This document shows positions 1 through 12,622 of a stretch of DNA of 64,000 bases, piece by piece. Each line of letters opens with the position of its first letter. Position 1 is the first letter of the stretch. The notes under the pieces were generated by a model that saw only the letters and a program-made list of their open reading frames with translations, made no database searches and was not told the origin of the DNA. The translations under genes were made by a program, and so were the position numbers. This DNA comes from Octopus sinensis (Eukaryota). The DNA is taken from assembly GCF_006345805.1 (NCBI RefSeq), contig NW_021825323.1:1116001-1180000 (forward strand). Direction: 5' to 3'.

Positions 1-862
1 GCCTCTTCCCAAGATAACTCCTTCTTCTCCAATTTTAATTCCTCGATATCTTTAATGGGAACAGTCTTCATTTCGTCAGTCTTTTCCAAAACTATTTTTA
101 AAAAAGTAATTTACATGTTCAAAAACAGTCATTTTTGGTACAACCAAACGAGATTCAAGCTCCTCTACTGAAATTCCATAATCTCCCGTCGAGACTAATT
201 TCCGGGCAGAAAAGAAGATCTAAAATATTGAAATTACATTAAAACAACTTTTGCTCTTTCTAAAAGTTCGAGGGCCTCTTTATTAGAAGGATCACGTGCA
301 AGGAATGACTGAAGATCTCGAACGGCCAATTCGTATTTTTTGGTTTTAAAATAAGCCGAAGCTCTCCTGAACAAAGCTTTAACAAATCCAGGCTCCAATT
401 CAAGACAAGACTCACAGTCCTGTATTACATTGGCGTATCTTAAATATGTTTAAATCAATATAAACAATTCTAATTTTAAATAAACTAATGCTCTATTGGC
501 GAATAGAACATAACTGGAGGGATCGGCCATCAAACCAGTGGAATATGCTTCCACAGCCTTGTAGTACTGTCCACTCTTGTAGAGTCCATTTCCCTTATGT
601 TGAATTGAAGGATTAATACTATATCTTTGTATTTTTCTCCTCTTTTTTTGTTATTTGTGATTTTTTCAGGATTCGGATCCTTTTTTGTGTTTTCTTGTAT
701 TTCTATGGTGAATAAATGGTCGATACTATTTGTTTCGGTTGGAAATGGGGGATCTTTTTTAGTCCTCTTTACCCATTTGTCAATTTCTGAGACAAAATCC
801 TCGTATTCTAGTTGATTTTGTTTTATGTTTTGCTGAAGATCAAAAGCACGTCGAGCATCCAT
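1..862 (-). CDS. RPAP3: RPAP3/Spag1-like TPR co-chaperone, 5' part (runs off window start)
   Basis: N-terminus MDARRAFDLQQNIKQNQLEYEDFVSEIDKW resembles the RPAP3 N-terminal coiled coil. Spliced TPRs: GNGLYKSGQYYKAVEAYS...ANRALVYLKLEL/YANVIQDCESCLELEPGFVKALFRRASAY. Introns are 26-29 nt GT-AG. Confidence 0.8.
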
Positions 863-1075
863 TTGTAACCACAAAAATAAACTTAAGATCTGGATTTTTA
901 TTAAAAATAATATTTATATTTTTTTAAATAAAAAATAATGAAAACTAATGAACACTAACCCTCTAGTATGTAAAACAGTACTTTCTGGGAGACGAGGATT
1001 TCAGAATTAAGGCTGTCTCCTATTTGTTCTTCCAATTTTGGCTGGATGAAACCTGCTGACTTTATCTGTGAGGAC

Positions 1076-1826
1076 TTTCTGGGAGACGAGAATTCCTCTG
1101 CCGTCGACACGTACTGACAAGCTCGTCATATATGCTGACGATATCCTGGTCATGGATACTCGAAAAGGATATCGCAGTCTTGGAGACGACTTAAATCATA
1201 CATTGCAACGCTAAAGATGTGGACTATAGAGAAGGGTTTGACCCTAGCACCGGACAAGAGCACCATTTCATGGTTGCGGAGAGGGAGTCGCTATGCGGAG
1301 TCGTGTGCATATGCGATGAGTAGCTATGTGATGGATCTCCCGAAAAGCAAAAATCTTTATTACCTGGGAGCAACCATCAACTGTCGTGGCTCGTACGTAG
1401 AGCATATAGCAAATCAGAGAAAGAGGAGTGTGAGGATCCTCAAAAGCTTAACCAGGTTCCATCTGGATCCGGAAACGTACATTTACGTATACAAAACGTG
1501 TGTGCAGCCAGTCCTCACATATGGCTACGAGGGCTGGTACGGTACGGAGGAGAGTGACTACCTGATCGAACAGTTGGAAAAGACAAGACGTTTCGCTATG
1601 AAATGGCTTACGGAGTACAACTTGACGGAAGGTTAAAAGACTCACAAGAATCCTCTGTGCCCACGATCCGGATGGTCTTGGAGAATTGTCGTCAAACATG
1701 ACTAGTATTGGGGATACGCATGGAAGAGACACTTCGGTGCCTTGTTTTTATCTCCCCGCCGATGATTTCTCCTTGTTTTTCTTTTTCTTTTTGCTCAATA
1801 AACACTATTCTATTCTATATTCTATT
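1076..1826 (+). mobile_element. 5'-truncated APE-type LINE (RT C-terminal fragment)
   Basis: LVIYADDIL motif at about 1125-1150, ORF 1217-1636, (CTATT)n-like tail, 9-bp TSD TGTGAGGAC at 1067-1075 and 1827-1835. Confidence 0.85.
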
Positions 1827-3340
1827 TGTGAGGACAGAACGAGATCTGATGAGATTACCTATTCATATTTTACAGCGAATTTTTCATTTTTGTGTCGGAA
1901 TTGGATCTTTATTCACACCTGCTAAAAATAATAAAAATTAAAAGTATATTTGCACCGTTGATGGCAAATACTTTTGTATTTGAGAATTCTGATGCTTACA
2001 AATCACCTGGATCTAATCAAAAAATCGAGATGGGGAATTTCAGGGGAGACCTGTGAAAAAATCGGGGTTTCATTAAGAAATTCTCGATCCTTATAGTAAG
2101 AAGCTATCATTAATTAGTAAATTACATTATTTTTTCTTACAATAAATCGAAATTTAATCAGTAAAAACAAGCTAAAAATAAAGCTACATTTCATTTCTAT
2201 TTGATATGATTGATTCTAGAATCTAATGTCAATAATCATCAATATGTACTAAATATTGTAGATAATAAATAGAACAATATTTTATTGACAATCAATATTT
2301 TTTATGGTTATATCAAATAAAACCGGAATACTAACATTTAGCTACACTCTTGACAAATATAAGACATCATTTCCGTTAGAAAAAACCTTGAACTTTTATA
2401 TTAAAAAACTCAGAAATAAATATTTACGAAATTAAATTATTCAAAACTTTGCTTTCATTTTATTAGAAACAATTTTAACTTTGTTTTTAATACAACTTTT
2501 GCGTTCATTATAATCCAATTATTAATTTTTATTATCAAATCATGTATTCTAAAATTCTAAATGAATATCAATCATTTGTGTTATAAGAAAATGAACTTCT
2601 TGCAAAAGGATAATAATTAAAAATTTCAGTTGATTTGACAACTAATTTTGTTTTCTTATTACATTTTAAGGAGAAATGTCGAGAAATGACGGATTGACGG
2701 TTGCCTAAAAAAGAAATCATAATTAGTAAAGAATGTTAATTTTATTTGTCTGTGTAAATAGTTGAAATATAAAAATTTAAGATAACGAAACTTAAACCAT
2801 AGTGATTTCTGATTTTAATAATGTTTTAAAATCCGAAATATCATAAATTGTTATTACAAAAATGCAGTGATGACTCATTAAAAAAAATTTTAACACTGAA
2901 TATCCTTCTTTGTACATTAAACTAGTAATTTGATTTATTAAGTCTTTCCTTAATAATTAGGGAATCAAAGTGAAGCAAACGATATCGTCAAAAAGTAATA
3001 AAATTTATTACTTTATTGAATAAATCAAGTGAGCGGATAATTTCTGATTATTTCAATGTCAATTAATGTAATTTTAGAGTATCACTGAAATCATTGGACG
3101 ATTATCTCCTTTTAATCAAGAATGCAAGGAACAATTAAAACATAAATTAATTTTTTAATAGGGCGGCCTTCTTTGAAATAGATGATCGGAATCTGATAAG
3201 AATACAATGAATAAGACATCAATACTATTAATGAAATTCTCTACTTAATTTTTGACGATAAACAATGATTCCGAGAAAGTCATTTCGATTCACGTTAATC
3301 ATTAATAATAAAATTAAAAATAACGTTTTCTGGTAGTGCT

Positions 3341-3948
3341 ATGACTTTATCGAACACGGACAATACAATTGACCCTAATTCACCCTCATCCACTGACAAA
3401 CAGTCCGAACACTCCCCTTCTGAAAGTCTTCAAGTATATCAAGGTTTTAACTGTTAAAATACGTTTTTAAGGCTGTACAGAAACCAGGAGATTTCGGACA
3501 GCGTTTAGTCGAACTCAACTTAACGAACTTGAAACGGAATTTCAAAAAGAAAATTATATTTCTAAAAGTCGAAGACTTCAAATATCCAACAAAATTGGAT
3601 TATCAGAAAATACAGTCAAAGTTACTTATTTTTGACTAATTTTAGGTTTGGTTCCAAAACAGAAGAATGAAGAAAAAGCGCCAAACTGTGACACCAATGT
3701 TCATTCCAATCAACTACGGAGGACCTCCAAACTGTTTCCCGATGGACATATTATTCAGAAATATAATGAATTGTGTTCATCCTGCAACGACAAACCCAGA
3801 ATTCTTTATTCCGAATATGAATGGTAATTTTCATGTCGGCAATAATTTTTTTCAACAAACTGCAAATCAAAAAAATAACATGCAGACAACCAAAGAGTGC
3901 GATAATGGCAAAAATAGACTTTTTAAACCATATCTTCATGATATTTAA
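3341..3948 (+). CDS. Evx: Even-skipped (Evx)-like homeobox protein, 2 introns
   Basis: Spliced homeodomain ETRRFRTAFSRTQLNELETEFQKENYISKSRRLQISNKIGLSENTVK|VWFQNRRMKKKRQ. The RRxRTAF, ENY and MKxKRQ signatures fit Evx; a 25-nt intron sits before VWFQNRR and a 28-nt intron just upstream of the homeobox. Confidence 0.8.
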
Positions 3949-4395
3949 ATTATATTTTTTTGGTGTTATCTATTTGATATAATCATTACCGAATTAGTTG
4001 TTGTAATTATTAGTTTAAGATTTTTAATTAAAAAATAAAATGTGCTATAAAATAACACAGAAACTAACAAATTTACTCAATAAAATTGAATATCTTATCT
4101 GGTTTTTATTAGATTCAGACATTAGTAAAATTTTACCGATTTCTGCCTCGGGTTTTATCTGGGTCCACATTTCACGATTTTATTAATCGAAAATAAATTT
4201 TTAATACTGTTTAGAGTTTTTTATAAGTTTTATAATATTTGAAAAATTATTTTACATGATTAATATATAATTTAACAATAAATAGGCGCCTGATTGTTAT
4301 ATATTTGACGGTTTGTTGTTGTACGTATTCTAACACTACTAATAAATTTTTATTTTTATAATCAAAACCTTAAAAAACATTAATTTATTTAGATT

Positions 4396-5546
4396 ATGGA
4401 TCAAAACAAAAATAACCGGTATCTGATTCATATATATATAAAGCCTAAACTTCTACAAACAAGTCAACACAATAAATGTGTCTAAGATGCAGACGGGACG
4501 AAGGAAAAGAGAACAGAAAGAACGATTCAATGCACGTAGAGATATGTCGGCCGTAAGTGCCTGCCCATCTATACACGGTAACTTACAAAAATCATTTTTT
4601 TCAGAAGATCAAAACCTGCGAAGAACTAAACTCGAAAATTGGATAAAAGATCGCCGTGCTGCACAAAACGCACAACGCAAAAAACCATTCGTTGTACCAG
4701 CCCACAGAGTCGAAAACCCACTGAAATCCACAAATCCAAAAACCTACGACAAAAAACAACCTTTGGTCTCAAAAAATACAGAAACCCTCCAAGCAAGTAC
4801 AATCAGCTCATCCCCATCAATTTAGCCCATTCCAAGATATCCAACATACGTCTTACAAGAGGGGCGGAATTAAGAATGAAGCATTTGGCTGAAGAGAAGG
4901 CCAAAGCAGAGAAATTTATTCGGTTTGAATTGATTTCCTTATTTTTAGAACCACAAAAAAATCGGCTGTAGTTGCCCCACAACGTCCCACCAAAATGCCA
5001 AAGTTCGGCCAAATTAAGAAGGAAAATGATTATCCGAAAAGTATATGTTAAAATGAAATAATATTAGTTCAAGTTGAAGCTGAAATTGAGCAAAAATTGA
5101 TTAATCTTAAACTTGGAGATGCTCCTTTGAAGAAATGCGTAGTTGAGAGTGCAGTTCATTTTTAGTCCCCCATTCCAGCAGTTCTTCCCGAAGAAAGCGA
5201 GTGTGGTCAGTCGGTTGTGGTTCACGACAATGTTTGAGTAATATTGTAATAACTTTAGGTTCATGCTCCATTAAAGTCGACTGAGACTTCTGTGGGGCAT
5301 ACTCCATATAGAAAGTCTCGTCGTTCTATCCGTATTTTACAAAAGTCGATGGATGAGTCCAGTAAAATAAGTCCATTGGTGATACTTCCTGAGATCCCGG
5401 AGAATGACATAACCTCGTTTGAGGAAAAGCAGTCGACGAGGAAATTTATATCTGGTTAGGGTACGAGGACTAATTGGGTAGATATTCTTAATAGTGGAAC
5501 TTTGGGGTCGATTGACGTCTACACCTCTACTCCTGTTGTATTGTGA
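4396..5546 (+). CDS. Uncharacterised multi-exon gene; basic N-terminal half, Ser/Thr/Pro-rich C-terminal half
   Basis: About seven 25-32 nt GT-AG introns join ORF fragments 4478-4825 and 4639-4971 plus downstream exons into one frame ending TGA at 5544-5546. No family recognised. Confidence 0.55.
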
Positions 5547-5628
5547 TGATATATTTATTAGATACCAAAAAAGAGTATTCTCAAGTCCAAGAATACTGTT
5601 TCTAATAAGAAATCGGTTAATTTCTCGA

Positions 5629-6377
5629 ATGGCTTGGGTAATTTGTTATAAGTGATTTTTTAATCTAATATCTGTTTCGATGTTTAATTTGTCCAGCTGA
5701 GCTGTCAGGGTTTAGTTTTGGTATTTGGGTAGGCAATTTACTAAACTTAAATGATTAAATTAATGCTTATAATTGATTAAAAATTTGAATATTATTATCT
5801 TATTAGCAACTGGGTTTTGTGGATGTTGGTCGACAGTAATAGGGAACGTGATCAGGCAACATGCACAAGCATAAAATTCCCATTAAATAAATTTATTGTT
5901 TCGATCGAATGTTGTTTTAGTATTTTGTTTCTTTTTTCTGGAATTTATTTGATTCAGATGCAAAATTACTACATGGGAGCAGTATCACTATTATCAGCAT
6001 CATTGGTAAGGATGATTAAATTAGTTTTTAGCTGATTTTTGTTATTTCATCCTGCATATTCATGGCTCAGTATAGCAGTTCGTTATATATTGTTAAAATA
6101 TTGTTACATTTAAAATTCATAGTTTCGAATTGGATCTGTAGGCTCGTTTTTGAGTTCTTTGACCAACATGATATCAATTTTTTTAATTACTGCATTCCCC
6201 TTTGAAACTGTATTTACAGTGGCCATTATTTGGGGATAGATCGACAGTCCTGGTCGTATGATGGCAATTGTTTCTTTGACAGTGATCTACAGCAGTATTT
6301 ATTCCTTTCTCATCACTTCCTACCAATACATCTCCTTCACTTGTTTTCAATATGAGATCAAGAAGACAGTAAGCTAA
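5629..6377 (+). CDS. Unidentified multi-pass membrane protein
   Basis: Hydrophobic exons joined by GT-AG introns, mostly micro-introns: ...GSSITIISIIADFLLFHPAYSWLSIA|FRIGSVGSFLSSLTNMISIFLITAFPFET|IDSPGRMMAIVSLTVIYSSIYSFLITSY...*. The 5' exons are uncertain. Confidence 0.5.
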
Positions 6378-7001
6378 CACTACTTTATTCTGATTAACTT
6401 TTTATTTTAATATCAATTTTTATCAACATCACTTAGGTTGTGTGCCAGAGAACCGCACCTTTACTCTGAGTTCTTTAAAATTATGTCACGGAAAAATCTC
6501 GGAACAAATTTTATTTTTTAAATTAATCATTTATATTCCATTTTAAATCATTGATTACTATCATTTTAGTAGATATTCTAATTTTAACGCAAAGTACTAG
6601 ATTTCACAGAAAGTGGTTGAATCTTAATCATAGCAATATTTTTGGAAGAGTATATATTTAACACGCTTCAGAAACTTTAAAAAATATAAACATGATTGAT
6701 TTAATATCGACAGGTATTTCTAATAAATGTACTGCATTGCTATCTGCTGAATAAATAGTTCGAAAAATCCATAAAACTAAATTTTTGTCTTTTTCTGCAG
6801 AGGTGACTAAAAATCTACATATTTAATTACTTTATTAAGAAAGAAAGTAATTAACTAAGTAATTTTACTAAGTCCAGAGCCTTCGAAGTGACATATTTAA
6901 TTATAATAATAAATACGCAAATATTTGCGGTTTCAATTGACTCAAATACTTTGTTTTTTGCGCATTTAGTTTAATCAGTTATTCCTGTACTTTAATTTGA
7001 G

Positions 7002-9110
7002 ATGATTGAGAGCGGATATGAATTTGCATCAGAAGACTTTGAACTAAAATATCCACAAGTTTTTAGATTTGACTACTCTGACTAGTTAGGTCACAAAAAT
7101 GGTGGAGATATCGAACTTTTAATGGATGCAATCATCTACGCAGGTTTCAGAAAGCCAAAATATGAACTAAAACAAATCATTGCTACTGTATTGAAAAAGA
7201 ATAGCAATTTCCAAATATGTGACTTAGATAAGGTCATACAAGCATAATTTTAGTTCAGATATGTCATTGGCTTTACCTGGATGAACGAAATAGAGCTGTT
7301 TCTTTAAGAGAGAGTAAAGGAATTGAGGCAAAGTTCAAGAAAGAAGACAGTATAAGAGCAATTCATACTTATGAAGAAGCAGAAGTTGTCGGATTTTCGT
7401 CCTGGATAACCAAGTTTGTCAATTTTTAAAAAGTACTCAGATTATTTGCCAATATTCCTAAATGTGAAAAGTATTTGCCTGTCACGAGGGACAATTTATT
7501 TCAGTCACTCGACGACGGCTTTTTACTGTGTTATATGGTTAACGAGGCGGTCCCAAATACCGTCGATGAGAGACTTATAAATGATGGTCAGGACATGTCC
7601 GTTTTTAAAAAATGTGAGAACTGCTCTCTTGCTATAAAATCCGCTGAGTCCGTCGGATGTTGTGTGGTTAATATTGGACCACAGGATATCCTTGACCAGA
7701 ACTCCATAATTATCTTGGGATTGCTGTGGCAGCTCATTAAAGTGGATATTTTTAAATAAAAATTCTAGAAAATGTTAATGTCTAAAATCAACTTGATTGA
7801 GCATCCAAACCTTTTTTTGTTGGTAGAAAACACGGACATGTCGTTGGAAAGTCTGGCTCGTATGAGTCCTGAAAAGCTCATTCTTTTGTGGGTCAACTAT
7901 CAGCTATCACGTTCGAAATGCAAGAAAAGGTTGAATGAATTTCCAAATGATATTATGGTTGAGATTCAATTTATTTTTTATAAGGACGGTGAAATATACG
8001 CTCATTTAATTTATCAAATCGCTCCTAAAGATCCTGAAAATGAGTTTGTCAAAATTTACGGACCAGTCAACCTTGCGTGTACTAAACCCTCTGTAATTCA
8101 TTTTTTTAATTTAAGGAACAATTTTGGGTTGAAAACGCACAAAATATATTGAAGGAGGCCGAAAAAATTGGAGCAAATGTTTTTGTCAAAGCTGAAGATA
8201 TTGTTAGCGGAAACCCAAAATTGAATTATGGATTTTTAGCATATTTGTTCAACCATTTTCCCAACTTGGAAAAAGAAGTGGTTCCAGTAATTAAGGAAAC
8301 GAGAGAAGAAAAGGGTTTTGATTTTTCAGCATTTTTCGTTAGGAATCAGAAACTGGATGAATTCTTTTGATTTAAATATCAATTACCTTTATTTTGATTT
8401 GCAGGACGGACTAGCTCTACTTACTACAATAGATAAAATAAAACCGGGATCAATCAACTGGAAAAAAACAACTACAAAATTTGATGAGAATAAAATGAAG
8501 TTTCAAAAAATCGGTTTTTAGACTTTAATTTAAAATATTTTGTAGAAAATTGTAATTATGTGGTAGACTTGTCCAAATCGATTCTCAATTTGTCTACAGT
8601 AAATATTTCCGGACTTGACATTTACTCTGGTAGTCCAAGACTGACACTTGGTTGTTTCATTCCAATGACTCTATTTAGCGCTGACTTGGCAGATAATGAA
8701 CTACGATCTCCTTGCAATATTGGGAACACTATCCAATAACAATTCTAGACCGTCCGAGTCTGATATTCTTACACTAGTCAACGAGAGAGTAAGTTATAGC
8801 TTGTATATTTTAGTTAAAAACTAAAATAAGTAGTTTCAAATCGACGGAATTTTCAAATTCAAGACCCCTTTTTGATTTGTTCAGAAATGTCAAGGGTAAT
8901 GTTGCAGGTTTGGATTTATTTGACGACGTGGACAGTCCAGATGTATGGAATATTCTGTTTTAATAGTAGGCAAAAATGAAAAATGCACGGCTGATTTTGT
9001 CTCTTTTCAGACAATGTGGAGGCCGTGCATTTATACTGCCTGAAGACATTGTTGAATGCAAGTCTAAATTGTTAATGCTGCTATGTGCCTCAATCATTTC
9101 GTTAAAATAA
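7002..9110 (+). CDS. PLS: Plastin/fimbrin (degenerate EF-hand region plus four CH domains), 11 introns of 23-32 nt
   Basis: CH motifs LFQSLDDGFLLCYMVNEAVPNTVDER, VVNIGPQDI...LGLLWQLIK, PEKLILLWVNYQL, EDIVSGNPKLN, ETREEK..RNWMNS, LQDGLALL, FILPEDIVECKSKL. Confidence 0.93.
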
Positions 9111-9337
9111 TCATTATAATCTTACTAATTTTGTTTCGCTATTTTTGACTTTAAAAAGTTGTTTTCTGAAATTTTTTTAAGTATTTTGTTACTAAATAGG
9201 ACAAATCATTTTTCTTTGCTACGATTAATTTTTTCAAACAGCAGAACTTGCTAAATTTAATCATAAATTTTGACAAAATCGAAATATACAGCTTGGATAT
9301 TCACTTATTGTATTCTAAAAGCCCACCATGACCATAC

Positions 9338-9733
9338 ATGGACTATAATAATATGAACAAGTTTCTATTATCATTAAATACTTTTATCGAGGTACTTCAC
9401 GACCTCTGCCATGTTTGAGCACTTTAGCGTTTCAAAAAATCATTTCTGTCCAATTGCAATCTATTTCGGTGGGATGTAGGTTTATTTAGGTGTTAAAATT
9501 CCTTTACCAGGCACTTAGCTATCTGTCAGGCAACAAGCCAATAAAACCGAAGCGTCTATACGCGATTGTTCTTTCGTGGAGAGATAGTTTGGATATTTAT
9601 ATTTAACAAACAGTCATCCGAAGTCTTACAAAATATGTTCTGATCACTTTTAGCCAGTAAACAACGTTTATCTGTGAAAAAATCATTCAGCTCAACTCCT
9701 GGCAAAGAAAATGAAAAGCTTTTCATGATATAA
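9338..9733 (+). CDS. Possible small spliced hypothetical protein
   Basis: Three GT-AG introns of 27-36 nt give an open frame (..ALSYLSGNKPIKPKRLYAIVLSWRD..). No homology recognised. Confidence 0.3.
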
Positions 9734-9982
9734 ATACCGCACTTGATTTAACTAGTCAAAATGTAAAAGTTTATAAGTAGCTCTGATAGTTGAAAGTATT
9801 TTTATACTAGCTAATCAAAAAAATGAATTTAATCGCATTTGGTTAGCCAAACGTCAAATAAACATTTCACATCAAAATATTCTCTTCTAATTTAAATCTC
9901 AACATGATAAAATAATCCTCTCTAAACTTGACCCATATAAAATAAATAACACTTAAATAACATTGTTAAAAATTGTTAATTA

Positions 9983-10529
9983 TTAAAAAATCAAATCCTT
10001 ATCCAAAGTCTGTTCCTTAAGGAAAAGCTGAAGAAACTTTAACCGATTAGCCAACGGATGTCCGACCACTCTAAATCATTAGAGGGTATTGAAACTTGCT
10101 CAAAAAACTCTCAAGACCCAACCTCCTTTCCTCTATAAAATCAGGATCAAATTTTCCCCCGCCCACTCCAAATAAAGTTTGCATTATTGCTTTACTTGGA
10201 AGCGAAGGAAGGATTATCTGAAAATAAATTAATTTTTTATTACTTTGACGTTTTTTGACAAAAGTTGCCTCAGCCAAACAAAGTCAGAATATCTCCTTCT
10301 TACTACAGATTCAGTGCAGTCAAAAATTGGTAAATTTGTCTAAAAACGTCGGAAATTATGCTAAAACCCTTAGACGTACTTCATAATCAGTATAGCTGGA
10401 ATTTCCCGTGTGGTGGGTTATTGGGTTGACAACTTCGACCTCGAGAAAGTTCACAGGTGGAGCATAGGCACTACTTAGGTCTTGGTTTTTTGTTTTAGGA
10501 GTCATTTTTGAAATAGAATAACCACTCAT
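9983..10529 (-). CDS. SNX3: Sorting nexin 3/12 (PX domain)
   Basis: AYAPPVNFLEVEVVNP, YTDYEVRLR|TNLPIF, VRRRYSDFVWLR, FIEERRLGLESFL, GHPLA; three micro-introns. Confidence 0.9.
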
Positions 10530-10940
10530 GACTTGAGAGAAAATAATTTAAAAACCACAACAAAACTAATTGTTCTTACAAAAAATAATGAATTTTTTAT
10601 CAAGTTAAATATTTAAAAAAATTATTTATAATTTAACTAAGTCTACGCTTTTTTCTATTTAAGAATGTTTTCGTTTTTTATTTAACGAGTTTTAAACTTT
10701 CATATATTTATTTTATGTTTCTAGATTTTAATATTATTTTAAATTTTGTTACAAATAATATAAACCAAAGCTATTTTAATCATATTTAAAGATTGAATCG
10801 CGTGTGCAGTGACCTCGAATCTTATCTGGTAGTTTTTTTAAGATTTGTGATCCTAAAATAAAATTTTTCTTGATAAAGATTTTAGCCGTGTCTATCTCAA
10901 TTATTTATTCTTAATGAATTTAAATAAAAAAGACTAATCC

Positions 10941-11796
10941 GGTCCTAAAGTGGCACTCGCTAGGACTGGAAATCCCAAAGGATCAGTATAAGCAATTTGT
11001 TTGTGACGATGTCCGCTTACAATCCCGAATCGAATCTTTACGTAAATCTCTCGACCAACACTGCTTGGCCTGCTTTGAGACGGCATGTCGCCCTCACAGC
11101 GGAGCCTGGCTAAATGCCACTCAACTGCCGAGCATTGGGAACCTTCTGGACTGCGAGTCCGTACGCACTGGAATCTGTTTACGTCTCGGTCTTCGCCTAT
11201 GCGAGCCACATGTCTGCCGCTGTGGCGCGAAAATCTGTCGCTTTGGACTGCACGCTCTATCGTGTAGACGCAGTGCTGGCCGCATCCCGCGTCTCTTAAC
11301 GACCTTATCAGGAGAGCCCTGGAAGTCGCCGGAATCCCCTCCCTGCTTGAACCCTCTGGGATCGATCGGGGGGACGGGAAACAACCTGACGGGATAACTG
11401 TGTTTCCTTTCAACAGGGGGAAGCCTCTCACCTGGGATGCCACGTGTGTGGACTCTTTCTCGCCTCAGAACCTGCTGATATCGGCCTCCGCTCCTGGATC
11501 TATTGTCACAACCGCGGAATGCAAAAAGATGCGGAAGTACTCCTCACTTACGGAGAAGTTCCAATTCCTTCCATTCGCGGTTGAGACTTCCGGTTCCTTG
11601 GGCAGTAAGGCAATCAGCTTCGTTCAGGAAATCGGGTCCCGCATGTCTGCCATCACAGGCGACGCCCGCGAATCGAGATGGTTTTTCGAACGGATATCCC
11701 TTGCGATAGTACGCTCTAACTCTTTCTCGATCGCGTCGGCTTCCCGTCCATGAAGCTTTTAATTAATTAACTTGTTGGTTTGTTCTAATAAAAAAA
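10941..11796 (+). mobile_element. 5'-truncated CRE-like RLE non-LTR retrotransposon (frameshifted)
   Basis: HVCRCG..HALSCRRSAGRIPR, RDGKQPDG..FPFNRGKPLTWDAT, K.RKY; A-rich tail; imperfect TSD AATAAAAAAGA(C)TAATCC. Confidence 0.88.
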
Positions 11797-11899
11797 AATA
11801 AAAAAGATAATCCCCACGATTAAGCTAAAAAATGATTTGAAAATTACTTTAATTCTGAATTATCGTTTCATAGTGGTTATTTTTTTAATAAAATGATCA

Positions 11900-12420
11900 T
11901 TTTATGGCATCAGTTGTACCTGATCACTTTTTAACATGACGCCCCTTATCTCAGACGCTATAACGAGGTGATCAAATGGTTGCATCTGCATCAATGTTGC
12001 CAATATGGGATTAAAAAATCGAAAAAATAAAAACCCATTTAGTCCACTATGTTACAACCAACGGAGTTGTAGAAATACGAATTGACATAAACCTTTCTAT
12101 TCAGAATAACAAACCCGACATTTTTGTTTACGAAAAAGTGAGGAAAACAATTACACTTATCAAGGTGGGGATCACTTCACAAAATTGTCTCAAGCAGGTA
12201 GAAGTGGAAAAGTTCAAAAAATTTACTGGAAGCGATCCACCGAGCGAAAGTGAAGATTGTCTCTGTCGTTATTACATGGGACGAAATTGTCTTTAAATTT
12301 TCAAGGCATATATCTAGACAGAGGTGTTGCGGAAGACCTTAGAGAGCATGCAAGCCGAGACAAGGCACAGGTTATTGATGCCTATTAAGGAAAGTAGCCC
12401 CTGAATCTAGACTGCGTTGA
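11900..12420 (+). mobile_element. Degenerate RLE non-LTR fragment of a second family
   Basis: RRYNEVIKWLHL..CQYGIKKSK and EIRIDINLSIQNNKPDIFVYEKVRKTITLIKVGITSQNCLKQVEVEK; stops and frameshifts present. Confidence 0.75.
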
Positions 12421-12622
12421 CATTCTGCGTATCCGTAAACTAACCGTGAGCCCTAGAAAGGTGAGGTGATATAACAAATACTATAAATTACGAAAACAAA
12501 GTTAATAACAATTAAAATCGTCAAGCAATCTTTAATAAAAAGTTCTTGTCAATTGTTTTTAATCAAAGTTATGGTGATTATTTGAATAATATATGTAACT
12601 ATTGGAAACAATTTTAATATAA

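Noticed and set aside
4396-5546. Assignment as DLGAP5/HURP
   Set aside because: Only a short weak resemblance and no GKAP domain.
6183-6380. Minus-strand ORF with Cys/His residues
   Set aside because: Shadow of the spliced plus-strand membrane-protein gene.
10934-11443. Long antisense and alternative-frame ORFs over CRE copies (also 25763-26416, 55860-56216, 61710-62114)
   Set aside because: Expected by-products of GC-richer retroelement sequence; no independent motifs.
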